In this document: one piece after another, positions 25,573-38,391 of the stretch
How positions within the stretch are numbered: position 1 is the first letter of the stretch
How the letters are laid out: every line of letters starts with the position of its first letter
Origin: Mobula hypostoma
Lineage: Eukaryota
Assembly: GCF_963921235.1 (NCBI RefSeq)
Contig: NC_086097.1
Span: forward strand, 172,920,001 to 172,984,000
Length of the DNA stretch: 64,000 nucleotides
Direction: 5' to 3'
Program-made: the position numbers and the translations under genes
Notes under the pieces: model-generated
The model's input: only the letters and a program-made list of their open reading frames with translations
The model's database searches: none
Told to the model about the DNA's origin: nothing

Positions 25573-25860
25573 ATCTACACTAATCCTACGTTCAGCCCAG
25601 ATCCCTCTGTACCTTTCCTGTCTCTGTGGCTGCATATTTCAGCTGCAATAGTTCGAAATAAGAATACTTGACGATTCTCTCAGGCCTACAGAAATCTGTA
25701 AGAGTCATTGGTAGCATACTGAATATTCAAGCGTCCAGTGAAGGAGGGACACTAGTGTGCCTTCATTGTGATAGTATTAATGTGCTGGGCCCAGGGACAT
25801 GAGGCTGTTCACCCTTTCCACCACTCACCCCTCAATATAGACTGGTGTGCGTTCACCCAG

Positions 25861-28572
25861 TAAAATGGTGCCAGACAGAGGCAACTTCCAGAGTGCCTTG
25901 AAGACAGTGATCACATGCAGCACAGGTCAATGGATACAATTAAACATTCCCATTTCAGCCTGATACAGTTGAGAATCACAACTGCTACCAAGGTCTGTGC
26001 AGTTAATAAAGATGTCTTGATGCGATTGAATATCTACTGCTGCTTAAAACTGACAGAAGCAATGCCAAGTGTGGCGCAGCTTCTCGCTGGAAGAAACTTC
26101 CTCGCAGGAAATGTGACTGCCAGTCAGGGATACAAGAACGTTTAAGAAAACGGGGTTTTCGACGCTCAATACCGACTATCTTGCTGCCAAATGTACAGTC
26201 TCTAGTAAATAAAATTGAAGATCTCAGAGCTAGGGTGCTCTATCAGAGGGACATTAGGACCACTTGCGTCCTTTGTTGCCAGAATCCTGGTTAACCCCTT
26301 CCTTACCGGACACAGCAACTGAGATTGACGGGTTCACTATACACCATCAGGATAGGACTGTTGAGTTTCTCAGAAGCAGAGGTGAAGGCATATGCCTCAT
26401 GATCAACTCCTCTTAGTGCACACTTTGGGAAGTCTGATCACCTGGCTGCATTTCTACTCCCTAAATATAGACAGAAACTGAAGACCGCTGAACCAGCAGT
26501 GAGGACTAAGAAGGTACGGACAAGGGAAGCACAGGAGCGCTTACAGGACTGCTTAGAATCAGTGGACTGGATTATGTTCATGGATTCATCTTCAAATTTG
26601 GATGAGTAATGCAGTTGTTACCAACTACATTAAAACTTGTGTCGATGAATGTGTGCCTACAAAAACTTGCTGTACATTCCCAAACCAGAAGCTGTGGATG
26701 AACCAGGAGGTTCGACATCTGCTGAGGGCTAGAATGTGGCATTTAAGTCTGGTGACCCAGGTGTGTACAAGGACAGCAGGTATGATTTGCAGAGGGCTAT
26801 TTCAAGAGTGAAGAAGCAATTCCAAGTGAGGTTGGAGGTGACATTGGATGCACATCAACTCTGGCAGGGTTTGCGAAACCCAAAAGCATGAATGGCAGAG
26901 ATGCTTCACTACCTGATGAGTTCAAAGCCTTCGATGCCCGCCTTGAATGGGAGAACATAAGTACAGCTGTGAAGACCCCTGTTGCACCCAATGACCCTGT
27001 GGTCTCTGTCTCGGAGGCCGATGTTCGGCTGGCTTTAAGGAGGGTGAACCTCGCAAGGCGGCAGGCCCCGATGGAGTACCTGGTAAGGCTTGGAAAACTT
27101 GTGCCAACCAACTGGCAGGAGTATCCAAAGACATTTTCAACCTCTAAATGCTTTGGTCAGAAGTTCCCACCTGCTTCAAAAAGGCAACAATTATACCAGT
27201 GCCCAAGAAGAGTAGCGTGAGCAGCCTCAATGACTATCATCCAGTAGCACTCATACCCACAGTGATGAAATGCTTTGAGAGGTTGGTCATGGCTAGAATG
27301 AACTCCTGCCTCAGCAAGGACCTGAACCCACTGTAATTTGCCTATCGCCACAACAGGTCTACAGCAGATGCAGTCTAAATGGCTCTTCACGTGGCATTAG
27401 ATCTTCACCTGGACAATACAAACATCTATGTAAGGATAGTGTTTGTTGACTATAGCTCAGCTTTTGACAGCATCGTTCCCACAGTCCTGCTCAATACACT
27501 ACAGAACCTAGGCCTCTGTATCTCTCTCTGCAATTGGATCTTAGACTTACTAACCAGAAGACCTCAATCTGTGTGGATTCGTGAATATATTTCCTCCTCA
27601 CTGATGATCAACACTGGCGCACTGCTCTACTCCCTCTATACCTGTGGCTAGGTATAACCCAAACACAATCTATAAATTTGCTGATGATACAATCATTGTT
27701 GGTAGAATCTCAGATAGAGATGAGAGGGCATACAGGAGCAAGATATACCAGCTAGCTGAGTGGTGTCACAGCAACAAACTTGCACTCAGTGTTAGTAAGA
27801 TGAAAGAGCTGACTGTGGACTTCAGGAAGGATAAGACAAAAGAACACGAACCAATCCTCATAGAGGGATCAGAAGTGAAGAGAGTGAGCAATTTCAAGTT
27901 GCTGGGTGTCAAGATCTCTTGGTCCCATCATATTAATGCTGCTATAAAGGTGGCAAGACAGTAGCTATATTTCATTAGGAGCTTGAAGAAATTTGGTTTG
28001 TCACCTAAAACGCTCAAAAACTTCAGCAGATGTACCATTGAAAGTATTCTGACAGGCTGTATTACTGTCTAGTATGTGTGGGGGGGCTACTATTGCACAG
28101 GACCAAAAGAAGCTACAGGAAGTTGTAATATTGGTCAGCTCCACCTTGGGTACCACCTTCTGTAGTATCTAAGACATCTTCAAGGAATGGTGCCTCAGAA
28201 AGGTGAAGTGCATTATTAAAGACCCCCATCACCCCAGACATGCCCTCTTCTCATTATTACTGTCAGGAAGGAGGTACAGAAGCCTGAAGGCACACACTCA
28301 GTGACTCAGGAATAGCTTCTTCCCCTCTGCCATCTGATTCCCAAATGAACATTGAACCCATAAACACTACCTCATTTTTAAAATATTATTTCTGTGTTGC
28401 ACTATATTTAATTTATTACATTTTTTTAATGTGTGTGTGTGTGTGTGTGTGTGTTTACTGTGATCGATTTATTTATTTATTCTGTATTATCATGCATTGC
28501 ATTGAACTGCTGCTGCTAAGTTAACAAATTTCACAACAGAAGCTGGTGATAATAAATATGATTCTGATTCTG
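25861..28572 (+). mobile_element. Rex1/Babar LINE, near full span, degraded
   Basis: APE start PTILLPNVQSLVNKIEDLRAR (about 26172) and GKSDHLA. RT motifs [58 protein letters not shown]. Tail aataaatatgattctgattctg. Confidence 0.92.
28430..28454. repeat. (GT)n microsatellite in the Rex1 3' UTR
   Basis: Directly visible. Confidence 0.95.
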
Positions 28573-29049
28573 GTCTTTGCATGCATATCCCGAGGGAATT
28601 ATGAAGTATTGTTATTTGAAACTATTACAGCTAAAGTCTGGAGCCACGCAGATAGGAAAGGCACAGAGGGACTTGGGCTGAATGGTGATTCAGCCAGCTC
28701 CATCGCAGGAGCAACCATCCTCACCATCGAGGGCACCTTCAAGAGGCAGTGTCTCAAGAGGGCACTAAGAACCCTCACCTTCATTCATAAATTCATACAT
28801 TTATGTATGTATGCATGCATCTATGTCTGTATGCGATTTATCGCAACTTTATGCAACACACAGATAATGCTAGAGGAACACAGCATGTCAGGCAGCGTCT
28901 ATGGAAAAAAGTACAGTCAGCGTTTCAGGCCAAGACCCTTCGGCAGGACCTTATCATAACTTTATGTCAGGCAGAGTCCTACCGCTGCAAAGCAACAAAT
29001 CTCACATCATCAAAGTCAGTGATAGTAAATCTGATTCTGATTGTAATAT

Positions 29050-30320
29050 CTAAGGAACAACACAAAAGCCTTTTAAACATTGTAATTGTATGTCTCTACC
29101 ACCTTTTCTGGCAGCTCGTTCCAGATAACCATCACCTTCTGTGAGAAAAAAAGCTTTGATGTTCTTTAAATTTCTCTGCTCTCACTTGAAATCTGCTTTC
29201 TCTAGAGTTCCAGGCTCCCTTTTTACGGGAAGAAGGCTCTGACTATCTTTCCAAGTGTTGCACCTCATAATTTTATGAACCTCTGCTCAGGTCCTGTCCA
29301 AGTTACGAATACTAGAATTGTTTACATCCCATATATACAACCAAGTGTTTGGGAGAATGGCAGTGTAGATTTGCTGATTGCTGGCGTCTTCTGCCAGATA
29401 CGATTTCAGTTTGTGGCCTTGTTTCTGCTTGATAACGAACAGTTTGCAAGATTATAACCCTTCGAAATTTGAGAATTCCCTGTATAACATCACCCCTCAG
29501 TCTCCTATGTTCCAGGGAGAATAAAACCAGAATTTTCAACCTCTTGTTATAACAACCACCCATTGCAAATGACATCCTGGTAAATCTCTTTTGCTCCTTT
29601 GGTGACAAGAAATGCTCCATGAATTTTTAACTTCGTCACTGTCCTATCGATTCAGTGAACTTATGGACTTATACTCCAAGGTCTCTGTATATCAGCACTC
29701 TTAAGCCATTTACTTTACATGTCCCACCAAAATTTGACCTGCAGAAGTCTGGATTACAATGTTCTGGATTAAATTCACCTGCCAGCGTCTTCTTAGCCTT
29801 CTAGCTGATTTATGGGCATCTGTATCTTTAGATAACCCTTCTCATTATTTACAACTCCTCTAACTTCCGTGTTACTTCTTCTTTTCTACACACGTAGCAT
29901 GGAGGGCATTCTGACTGGTTACATCACCGCCTGGTATGGAGGCTCCAATGTGAAAGATCAAAAGAGGCTTCGGAGGTTTTGTGACTCATCCAGTTCCATC
30001 ACGGGCTTAATCCCCCCATCGTCGAGGACATATTTAAAAGGTGGTGTCACAAGAAGGCAGCATCCACCATTAAGGATCTTCACTACTGGGGACATGCTCT
30101 CTTCACATCACTGCCATCAGGGAGGAGGTACAGGAGCCTGAAGACCTACCTACACTCAGTGCTTTAGGAACAGTTTCTTCCCCTCTGCCATCAAATTTCT
30201 GAACAGCCTATGAACCCGTGAATGCTATTTCTATTTTGCACTTTTTGTTTATTAATTTTATTGCCACTTATAATAATTTTTAAATGTCTTACACTACATG
30301 CAGCCATAAAATAATGAGTT
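29050..30320. mobile_element. Old minus CR1 fragment (29050-29860) followed by a plus Rex1 3' fragment (29890-30320)
   Basis: ORF 29312-29620 contains LFSLEHRRLRGD; ORF 29869-30141 contains EGILTGYITAWYGGSN. Confidence 0.75.
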
Positions 30321-30826
30321 TATGGACCAGCTATCATGTGGGACCTTGTCAAAAGCCTAACTGAAGTCCAAATAAACCACATTTAGTGCACTGCCCTCAT
30401 CAATTTTCTTAATTAGGAAAAGTGCAACAGTTTACTGTGAAGACTAGTGTTGGGCAAGCTGGGACAAACAATACAATCAGTCTGCATATGGGGCTCAGAG
30501 CAGCATATTAACAAACACAGTAAGTATGGCCAGTGCTGGGGTCTGGTAGTACCTGCTCTATGCCTTGACCATTTGGATTCTACAATTTTCTTATTATTTT
30601 TTGTTGGACTTGACGAAAGTTGCTGTGTCTTTGACTGCTTGTTTGACTCTCCCCATGCCAGAGATTCCTCTTGGGACTTTTTGACATAAATATATACAGC
30701 AATCTAAAGAATCAGTACTTAAGTGGGTAATGCAAAAGAGGTTACAAGCATCTAGTGACCATCATCATAAGTTTACTACTTTCAATTAAGTAAATTAAAT
30801 GACAAGAAATATTGTATATGATGTAC

Positions 30827-30973
30827 CTCTCTCTGTGTTGCTTGCTCCGGGAAGATGAGCACAGGACGATAATAGATTTTGAGATCAGTGGTGTTAATTA
30901 AGATTGTCTTGTCTTCAATCACAAGGATTTGTATGCCATGTCGTACTACTGAAGATATGCAGAACTGACACAA
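30827..30973 (-). CDS. VPS13B: VPS13B internal coding exon (147 nt)
   Basis: tccacag|TTG...GAG|gtacat. Encodes LCQFCISSVVRHGIQILVIEDKTILINTTDLKIYYRPVLIFPEQATQRE, similar to human LCQFCISSMVQQGIQIIQIEDKTTIINNT. Confidence 0.96.
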
Positions 30974-33900
30974 CTGTGGAACACAAGGAACTTATCAGTG
31001 AAATAGAAAGAAACAAAAAGAAAGAATTTGTACGGTACACAATAATTGTTTTTACTCTTGGAATGTTACAAAGCACTTTGCAATGAATGAATTTCTTTTG
31101 AAGTGTATTCACAGATGTAATGTAGGCAATCAAAAGACACATGGCCCACTTGTTATCCCATTGACCCTACACTGAGATTCCTACAGCATTTGTAGCAAAT
31201 GGGAAATATATAAATAACTCATTCATCAAGCGCCATTATTTATATTTTAAAAGTTTTAGTGTTTACTTATCAACTAAAGTTGAATGTTAGACAAAAACAG
31301 CCAGTAATGATTACTTATCTGCATCATTCCTGAGTCAGGTTAAGCTAATACTATGAATTTAACCAGCACGCAAATAGGAATATGGTCACTATAGTTTCAA
31401 CAGCAGAGTTCTAATTTATGGACAGAGATACACAAGTGGTATACGCCTGTGCTCTAGAGAGCCAAGTACTTGATCCATTGTTGTTTTGATAACATGATAA
31501 TGATTTGAAATTGGGGTGTGGGGTATGGTTAACTTTTAAGTAGTTAACAACAAATTGATACGTGGAAAGTAGGAATCAAGGTCATAACAGACCTCAAGAG
31601 GACAGGGACCTCCTGGTAGAGATGACAAGAAGGTGACACTACTTCCACTCAGAAAAGTGCCCCACCATCCAAATCAAAAAGACAACTTTGAAAACAGTTG
31701 GAGGCATTTGACCACACGTAGGATTTTGGCCTTTTGGATGTCAGGAAGTCATGTTAAATTGACGTGAAACATTTGCTCAGTGCCAAAAAATACAGTGTCC
31801 AAAAGTTGGCACTTCTCTTCAGAAAGGATGTTTACGCTTCAGAGGAGGCAGGAATGAAATTCACCATTGAGGTGTGAGTGATTGTAGCTTGGGGCATAAA
31901 GTGGAAAGGATGGTGTTGATTTATGTTTTTATTAAAGTGGTTGAGGGGAGATTTGTTGAAGCTGTTTATAATTATGAATGCTTTTAAAAGAATAAACACA
32001 GCAGTTTCTAGTGCTGAAGCATTGATTACCACATGGCACAGTTTAATATAATTGATAAAAGAAGCAAGAACGAAGGAAGGATTTTTCACTTCAACAATAG
32101 ATTGGGTCTGGAAGATATTGCTTTCTGGCGTGGTGGCTTTCAAGAGGAAACTCAACAGTAGCTTTCAAGAGGAAACTGGAGAAACATTCAAAGGAGGAAA
32201 AAAACTGCTGTGATGCAAGGAATGTGATGGGAAGGAGAAGAGCTGGTTTGGTCTTCAAAAGAGCCAGCAAAGGCTTTTAACTTGACAAAGCAGCTTTACA
32301 TTCCTTGTTTCTGATAATCTGAATTCCTGACTGCAACACAAATGCTGCAATCATTTAGATTACAATGTGGCTTCACACCAAATAAGTATATTTCTACACA
32401 CTGAATATAATGCCACAATCTTTTGATGTGAGCCCATGTATCAAAGGAAAGATTTCTTAAGGGTTCACACCTCCCATTTCACTACAATCCAGAATCCTTA
32501 ATGTACGAATACATTCTTGTTCATTATTATCCTACATATTTTTAGAAAGCTCATGATTCATTTAAAAATTTATTATGTCCAAAATTAATATGGTTCTGGC
32601 AAAATACTTACATGAAGACCCATATACAGGTCAGTGTGCTGACAATCTTAAACAGATTACATTATAAATAATTTTAATAATACAGGTAGATGCAGGTACA
32701 ATTATAAAATTTAAAAGACCTTTGGATATGGACATGGATATGAAAGGTTCAAAGGGATACAGATCAAATATAGACAAATATGACTGGTTTGGGTTGGGCG
32801 ACTTGGTCGAAGTGAATGAGTTGGATTGAAGGGGCTGTTTCCTTGCTGAAACTAAGAAGCTAGTATGCAATGTCTTTACTGAAAGACATCAGAAATTTTA
32901 TCAAACAAGACACAAAACTGTGACACATTAGGAAATATTGACAAACATTAGTAAGAGTTTTAAGGAGTATCTTAGAAGAGGAATGTAGGGAGGTAGGGAG
33001 GTTTAGAGAGAGAACTAGAGCTTTGAGCAGGGGCATTAATGATACTGGTGAAAAGGATAAAGTGCTATCAATATCCAAAGAAAATTAGAACAAGCATTAC
33101 CAGTGAGAAAGCTCTATTTCTTATTTTAATTTCTCCCCCAGAGAGACTGTTGAAAAAGATGCACTTTTAATCATCATCTGGGGTGGTAAACAGATAACTG
33201 TTAGATGCAGAAAGGTGAATGAGTGTAGTCAAATAGAGAATATAATATGATGGATGGATAATCTGCCTCTTAACAGGAAAAGATCAGGGAGAAAGGATGA
33301 AAGCATGTGTGACTTAAAAGGAAAGAACATATGCATGTATATAAAGGAGGTGAGTTGTTGCTTCAGCAGGTTCAAGGGAACTTGAATGTGGATAAAACTT
33401 GATGCAATTTGTCGTTCCATTTAAATGAAATGAAATAAATAAAATTAAATGATTTTCCTTAAGGTAGGTCATTGGAGCTGAATCTGCAACAAGCAATTCT
33501 ATAGAGTACTGCCAGCCACCTGCATAACAAGTCTCAAATGTCTACAGTTGTGAATCAAAGACAAGCTGGGGTGCCGGTAGGGGTCAGATGTTGATACATC
33601 TGATTTCTTGCTCCATTGGTGAACTTATCATTGAGCCTTTTGGTGAAAAACTGAACTGCTGAGGAGAGGGACTGGGTGCACTTTGCATTGAACCCTCCGT
33701 TATACAGCACGAAGGGCAGGCAATAGGAAAAGTTACCCCATTTATTTGTACAGGATCACCAATCCTGTGAAAAATAGGAAAGTGGTTTACTTATTTTAAT
33801 TTACTTTAATGTTTAGGTTTTTTTATGAAATCACTGTTCTAAATTTTTGTTTTAATGATTTTTACTTTCTTCTGCATCCAGAATAGGTTAATATGAGTGG

Positions 33901-34388
33901 GAATGCAAGTTCAGGCAGCAGGCTGGATCCAGAATGATTCATCCTACGCACAGTGAAATCATCCAACTTGAATTTAATAAAGACTGATGAGGCCACTTTC
34001 AACAGAAGGAACAGGGAGTCTGAGGAGTCCATCTACTGATATGAAAAACTAAAGAAAAAATAATTTAAACAGCTAATGCAATTTTGGCTTTTTACTCAAG
34101 GGGCTGGAAGTTATACTAGATTTTTCAGAGATCTGGCAAGACCACAAGCTGGAGTAAAAACATTTAATCTTGGGAACACAGGAAGGATGTACTGGTCTTG
34201 GATACAGTATAGCACAGATTCAGCAGAATGATACTGCTACTAAAGTACAAAGGCAGGTTTGCATAAACACAGCTTCTATTGAAGTGTAAGTGGGTGATCA
34301 AATATTTCTGACAGGTGGGGAAAAACTGCAGCTCCAGTGGGAGAGCCTAGAAAACTAGGGCCATATCTTCAGAACCAGAGTATTTCTT

Positions 34389-35203
34389 AGACACAAGAGA
34401 TTCTGCAGAGCAAGGCTCACAAATTTCTGGAGGATCTCAGCAGGCCTGACAGCATCTATGGAGGGAAATGAACAATCAACGGTTCAGACCGAGACCCTTC
34501 TTTAAGACTAAAAAAGACTGAATTACTCTCCTCATCCCCTTCTCTCATTCCATTCCTCATTCTGGTTATCCTCTCACCCCTTCTAGGACCAAAGGGCACA
34601 GCTTCAGAATAAAAAGGCCTCCTTTTAGGAAAAGATGAGGAGGAATTTCTCTATGAAATCTGTGGAATTCATTGCTACAAGCAGCTATGGAGCCTAAAGC
34701 AGAAGTTGATGGATCCTTGGTTAGCAAGAGCGTCAAAGGTTACAGGAATAAAGCAGGAGAATGGGGTTGAGAGAGGAAATAAATCAGACATGATCGAATG
34801 GTGGACTGGACTCAGTGGGCCAAATAGCCTAATTCTACTCCAATGTCTTATGGTTTTCTTTTCTCCTCATCAGCCCATCACCTCCCTTTGGTTCCTCTCC
34901 TCCTTTCCTTTCTTCCATGGTCCACTGTCCTCTCCTATCAAATGTCTTCTTCTTCAGCCATTTATCTCTTCACCTATCACCTCCCCCAGCTTCTTGCATC
35001 ACTCCTTTCCCCACCCACCTTCACCTGGTCTCACCTGCCAGCTTGTACTCCTACCCATCCCTTTACTTTCTAATTCTGGCTTCTGCCCCCTTCCGTTCCA
35101 ATCCTGATGAAGGGTTTTAGCCCAAAGCATTGATTTTCATTTCCTTCCATAGATGCTGCCTGACTTGTTGACCTCTTCCAGCATTTTGTGTGTATTGTCC
35201 AGG
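34389..35203 (+). mobile_element. ORF-less Penelope insertion (inverted tail plus pLTR) with a 9-bp TSD, carrying a CR1 3' tail (about 34582-34858)
   Basis: TSD GTATTTCTT at 34380-34388 and 35204-35212. Degenerate hammerhead aatcctgatgaaggg...cccaaagcattgatt at about 35100-35135. Confidence 0.75.
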
Positions 35204-35580
35204 GTATTTCTTCACTCTTCTTCACAAAAAAGGTAACAGAAATCTAAAATTCTAGCTCAGAAATTAAATTTAAAAAAGAAGTGTCAGTTTGTTAATGCAT
35301 AAATCAGGTTAAATGGCAGTTAAATTCTAGAGTAAATGGCAGCAATGTTGGGGACATTTACAGTATGTACAGAAGGACCTTCAGGTACAAGTCCTTCGTT
35401 TGCTGAAATTGATGACAAAGGAGGACCAGGTTAAGGCATTTGGTATGCTTGACTTCACGGGTTCGGGAATTGAGTATAACACTACGTCCACACTACACCG
35501 GATAATTCTGAAAACGCCGGTTTCAAGTAAAAACGACAGGCATACACACTAAGAGTTTTTCAAAATATCTCTGTCCATAC

Positions 35581-36482
35581 TGTGCCGAGAATACACATAG
35601 ATTAAGATGTTAGCTGTCCTGTGCTGGCACCAGTGGGATCAGCAGTTGGTCTGCCACCTGTCTTCAGGAGAAAGAGAGATAAGGAAAACAATGGAGCAGC
35701 ATTTGGGGATGTTAATGATGGGATGGGAGAGTTTAACGGAAGGAGAGCTGTCAAGATCGGCTCCCCCTTTAAACCCTGAACTGTTTGAAGTGATGGACAG
35801 GCGATACCCCAGCAGGGGGATAAAAAGGGACAGGTTTGCTAAGGCAAGCCACACATGACACCCTGAGGTAACGAGACCCTGGAAGCGGTGCGTCTCCCAC
35901 AAGTCGGTGGGAGGTTTTGGAGGGCTGGTCGCGGGACCAAGCCATAGACGCACAGGGTGGAAAGGCACGATCGGCGGGAACCTGGTGTGTGTCCGCCCTT
36001 GCCTGGGTGCCAGGTTCACCGCAGAGAAACGATCGTATCTGGAAACGTTGGGGTCACGGTCGGTGACCCCAGAAGACATCACAAAGGGCTCGCCCGAAAG
36101 CTGACTGTGAAGAATATCGAAGGTCTGTGTGGAAGCCGTTTGAATATTCATTCGTTTTTGCTCCCTCTCTCCTTCCCCCCACTGTCCATCTCCCACGGCA
36201 GTGATTACGGTGAACTGAACTGAACTCAATTGAACTGAACTTTGCGTCACTTTGAAACTGGTCATTTACCCCTAGACGACGATAGAGCTTGATTGATCCC
36301 GTTATCCTAATTCTGTGTACATGTGTGTTTATCATTGCTGAACTGTTGCATTTATTATCCTTTTGATTAGAGTACTGTGTTGCTTGTTTCTTTAATAAAA
36401 CTTCCTTAGTTCTAGTAATCCAGACTCCAACTGAGTGATCCATTTCTGCTGGTTTGGCAACCCAGTTACGGGGTACGTAACA
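35581..36482 (+). mobile_element. Solo LTR (902 bp; Gypsy-like or ERV)
   Basis: TG...GTAACA ends, 4-bp TSD ATAC (35577-35580 / 36483-36486), TATA-like GGATAAAAAG at about 35818, AATAAA at about 36394, CpG-rich. Confidence 0.85.
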
Positions 36483-36618
36483 ATACTAACACGGATATTT
36501 GGGCGAATCTCCTCTACTGGGCACGCGCAAAACACACAGAAAACAAGCAAAGAGGAAACAGTTTACTTAGTGCGCGTTTGTCCAGTTACAGAGTAAAAAA
36601 ACTTAAAAGGAATTACTC

Positions 36619-37635
36619 GCAAACAACAGGAATTCAGCAGATGCTAGAAATTCAAGCAACATACATCAAAGTTGCTGGTGAACGCAGCAGGCCAAGCAGC
36701 ATCTATAGGAAGAGGCGCAGTCGACGTTTCAGGCCGAGACCCTTCGTCAGGACTAACTGAAGGAAGAGTGAGTAAGGGATTTGAAAGCTGGAGGGGGAGG
36801 GGGAGATGCAAAATGATAGGAGAAGACAGGAGGGGGAGGGATAGAGCCGAGAGCTGGACAGGTGATAGGCAAAAGGGGATACGAGAGGATCATGGGACAG
36901 GAGGTCTGGGAAGAAAGACGGGGGGGGGTGACCCAGAGGATGGGCAAGAGGTATATTCAGAGGGACAGAGGGAGAAAAAGGAGAGTAAGAGAAAGAATGT
37001 GTGCATAAAAATGAGTAACAGATGGGGTACGAGGGGGAGGTGGGGCCTTAGCGGAAGTTAGAGAAGTCGATGTTCATGCCATCAGGTTGGAGGCTACCCA
37101 GACAGAATATAAGGTGTTGTTCCTCCAACCTGAGTGTGGCTTCATCTTTACAGTAGAGAAGGCCATGGATAGACATGTCAGAATGGGAATGGGATGTGGA
37201 ATTAAAATGTGTGGCCACTGGGAGATCCTGGTTTCTCTGGCGGACAGAGCGTAGATGTTCAGCAAAGCGGTCTCCCAGTCTGCGTCGGGTCTCACCAATA
37301 TATAAAAGGCCACATTGGGAGCACCGGACGCAGTATATCACCCCAGTCGACTCACAGGTGAAGTGATGCCTCACCTGGAAGGACTGTTTGGGGCCCTGAA
37401 TGGTGGTAAGGGAGGAAGTGTAAGGGCATGTGTAGCACTTGTTCCGCTTACACGGATAAGTGCCAGGAGGGAGATCAGTGGGGAGGGATGGGGGGGACGA
37501 ATGGACAAGGGAGTTGTATAGGGAGCGATCCCTGCGGAATGCAGAGAGAGTGGGGGAGGGAAAGATGTGCTTAGTGGTGGGATCCCGTTGGAGGTGGCGG
37601 AAGTTACGGAGAATAATATGTTGGACCCGGAAGCT
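36619..37635 (-). mobile_element. Young 5'-truncated Penelope-like element (same family as 5585-7180) with GIY-YIG frame
   Basis: ORF 37048-37374 differs from ORF 5974-6300 at only a few residues. TSD TTACTC (36613-36618 / 37636-37641). Confidence 0.93.
36719..36754 (-). ncRNA. Minimal type I hammerhead ribozyme motif, intact, sense to VPS13B
   Basis: Minus strand: agtc CTGACGA agg gtctcgg cct GAAA C GTC gact. Confidence 0.8.
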
Positions 37636-38391
37636 TTACTCTTGGCTCTCGCGCAGGAGGACTTAAGACAAAAAAAAACAAATACTGGAGCGTATGAAGG
37701 CAACCGACAGGGAGTTCACGGACAGTATGACCCGGCTGACGATGAACATTGAAAAACTGACTAACTCTGTTGCATTAATAAAACACCTTGTTAAATGTAT
37801 AAAACATGTCTGCATCAGTGTTATCTTGTATTTCCATACAATGTTACATTAGGCTGTTACACATCTATTGTCAGAGAAGTACTTGCATAAGTAGGTAAAC
37901 CACCTTCATACAAGCAAGGACAGAAAACAGGGCAAAGTGAGTATACTTATTTATTCAATAAGCTATGAGTCAAAGTATTTGGTGAGTACATTTCTAACTC
38001 TTCTGGCTTCAGTCTCGTTGCCGTCTGTTCTGAAATTGTTAGGTTCTGCGAAGCACAGAATCAAATATCGCTGTGATGATTGTATGCTCTAGTATCAATT
38101 GTTTGGCGACAATAAAGTAGTAAAATAATAGTAAGAAAAAGAAGGAGAAGAAAACAATGAAATGTCGTGCTGCCACCATTTGTTTCGGCACGTCATGACA
38201 GCAGTTTTAAAAAGCTCCAATTACCCTGTACACACTGCAACAGATATTAGGCGTTTTCAGATTTATTCACTCTGGAGACCGTTTCTGAAAATCTCCGTTT
38301 TCGGGGGATGAAAACGCCATTTTAGTGTGGACAGAGAGTCAAAACGAAGAGAAAAAGCTTCGTTTTCAATATCATCTGGCGTAGTGTGGAC

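Larger units (their letters stand above)
35480..38391. mobile_element. Non-autonomous PIF/Harbinger-like DNA transposon inserted in a CR1, with nested inserts
   Basis: Imperfect TIRs ctacGTCCACACTACACCGGATAATTCTGAAAACG / CGTTTTCAATATCATCTGGCGTAGTGTGGAC. TAA TSD at 35477-35479 and 38392-38394. The flanks rejoin to CR1 sequence ATTGAGTA-TAA-GAGTCGGAACATCATG. Confidence 0.75.

Noticed and set aside
32135..32178. Direct repeat GCTTTCAAGAGGAAACT x2 as a CRISPR-like or regulatory repeat
   Set aside because: Only two units, inside a decayed CR1 remnant; a simple local duplication. No repeat-spacer array occurs anywhere in the window.
33981..34025. CTGATGA-containing stretch as a stand-alone hammerhead
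   Set aside because: There is no correctly placed GAAA box or closing stems.
35639..36265. 208-aa ORF and overlapping ORFs inside the solo LTR
   Set aside because: No recognisable gag, pol or env motifs; long stop-free frames are expected in GC-rich LTR sequence.
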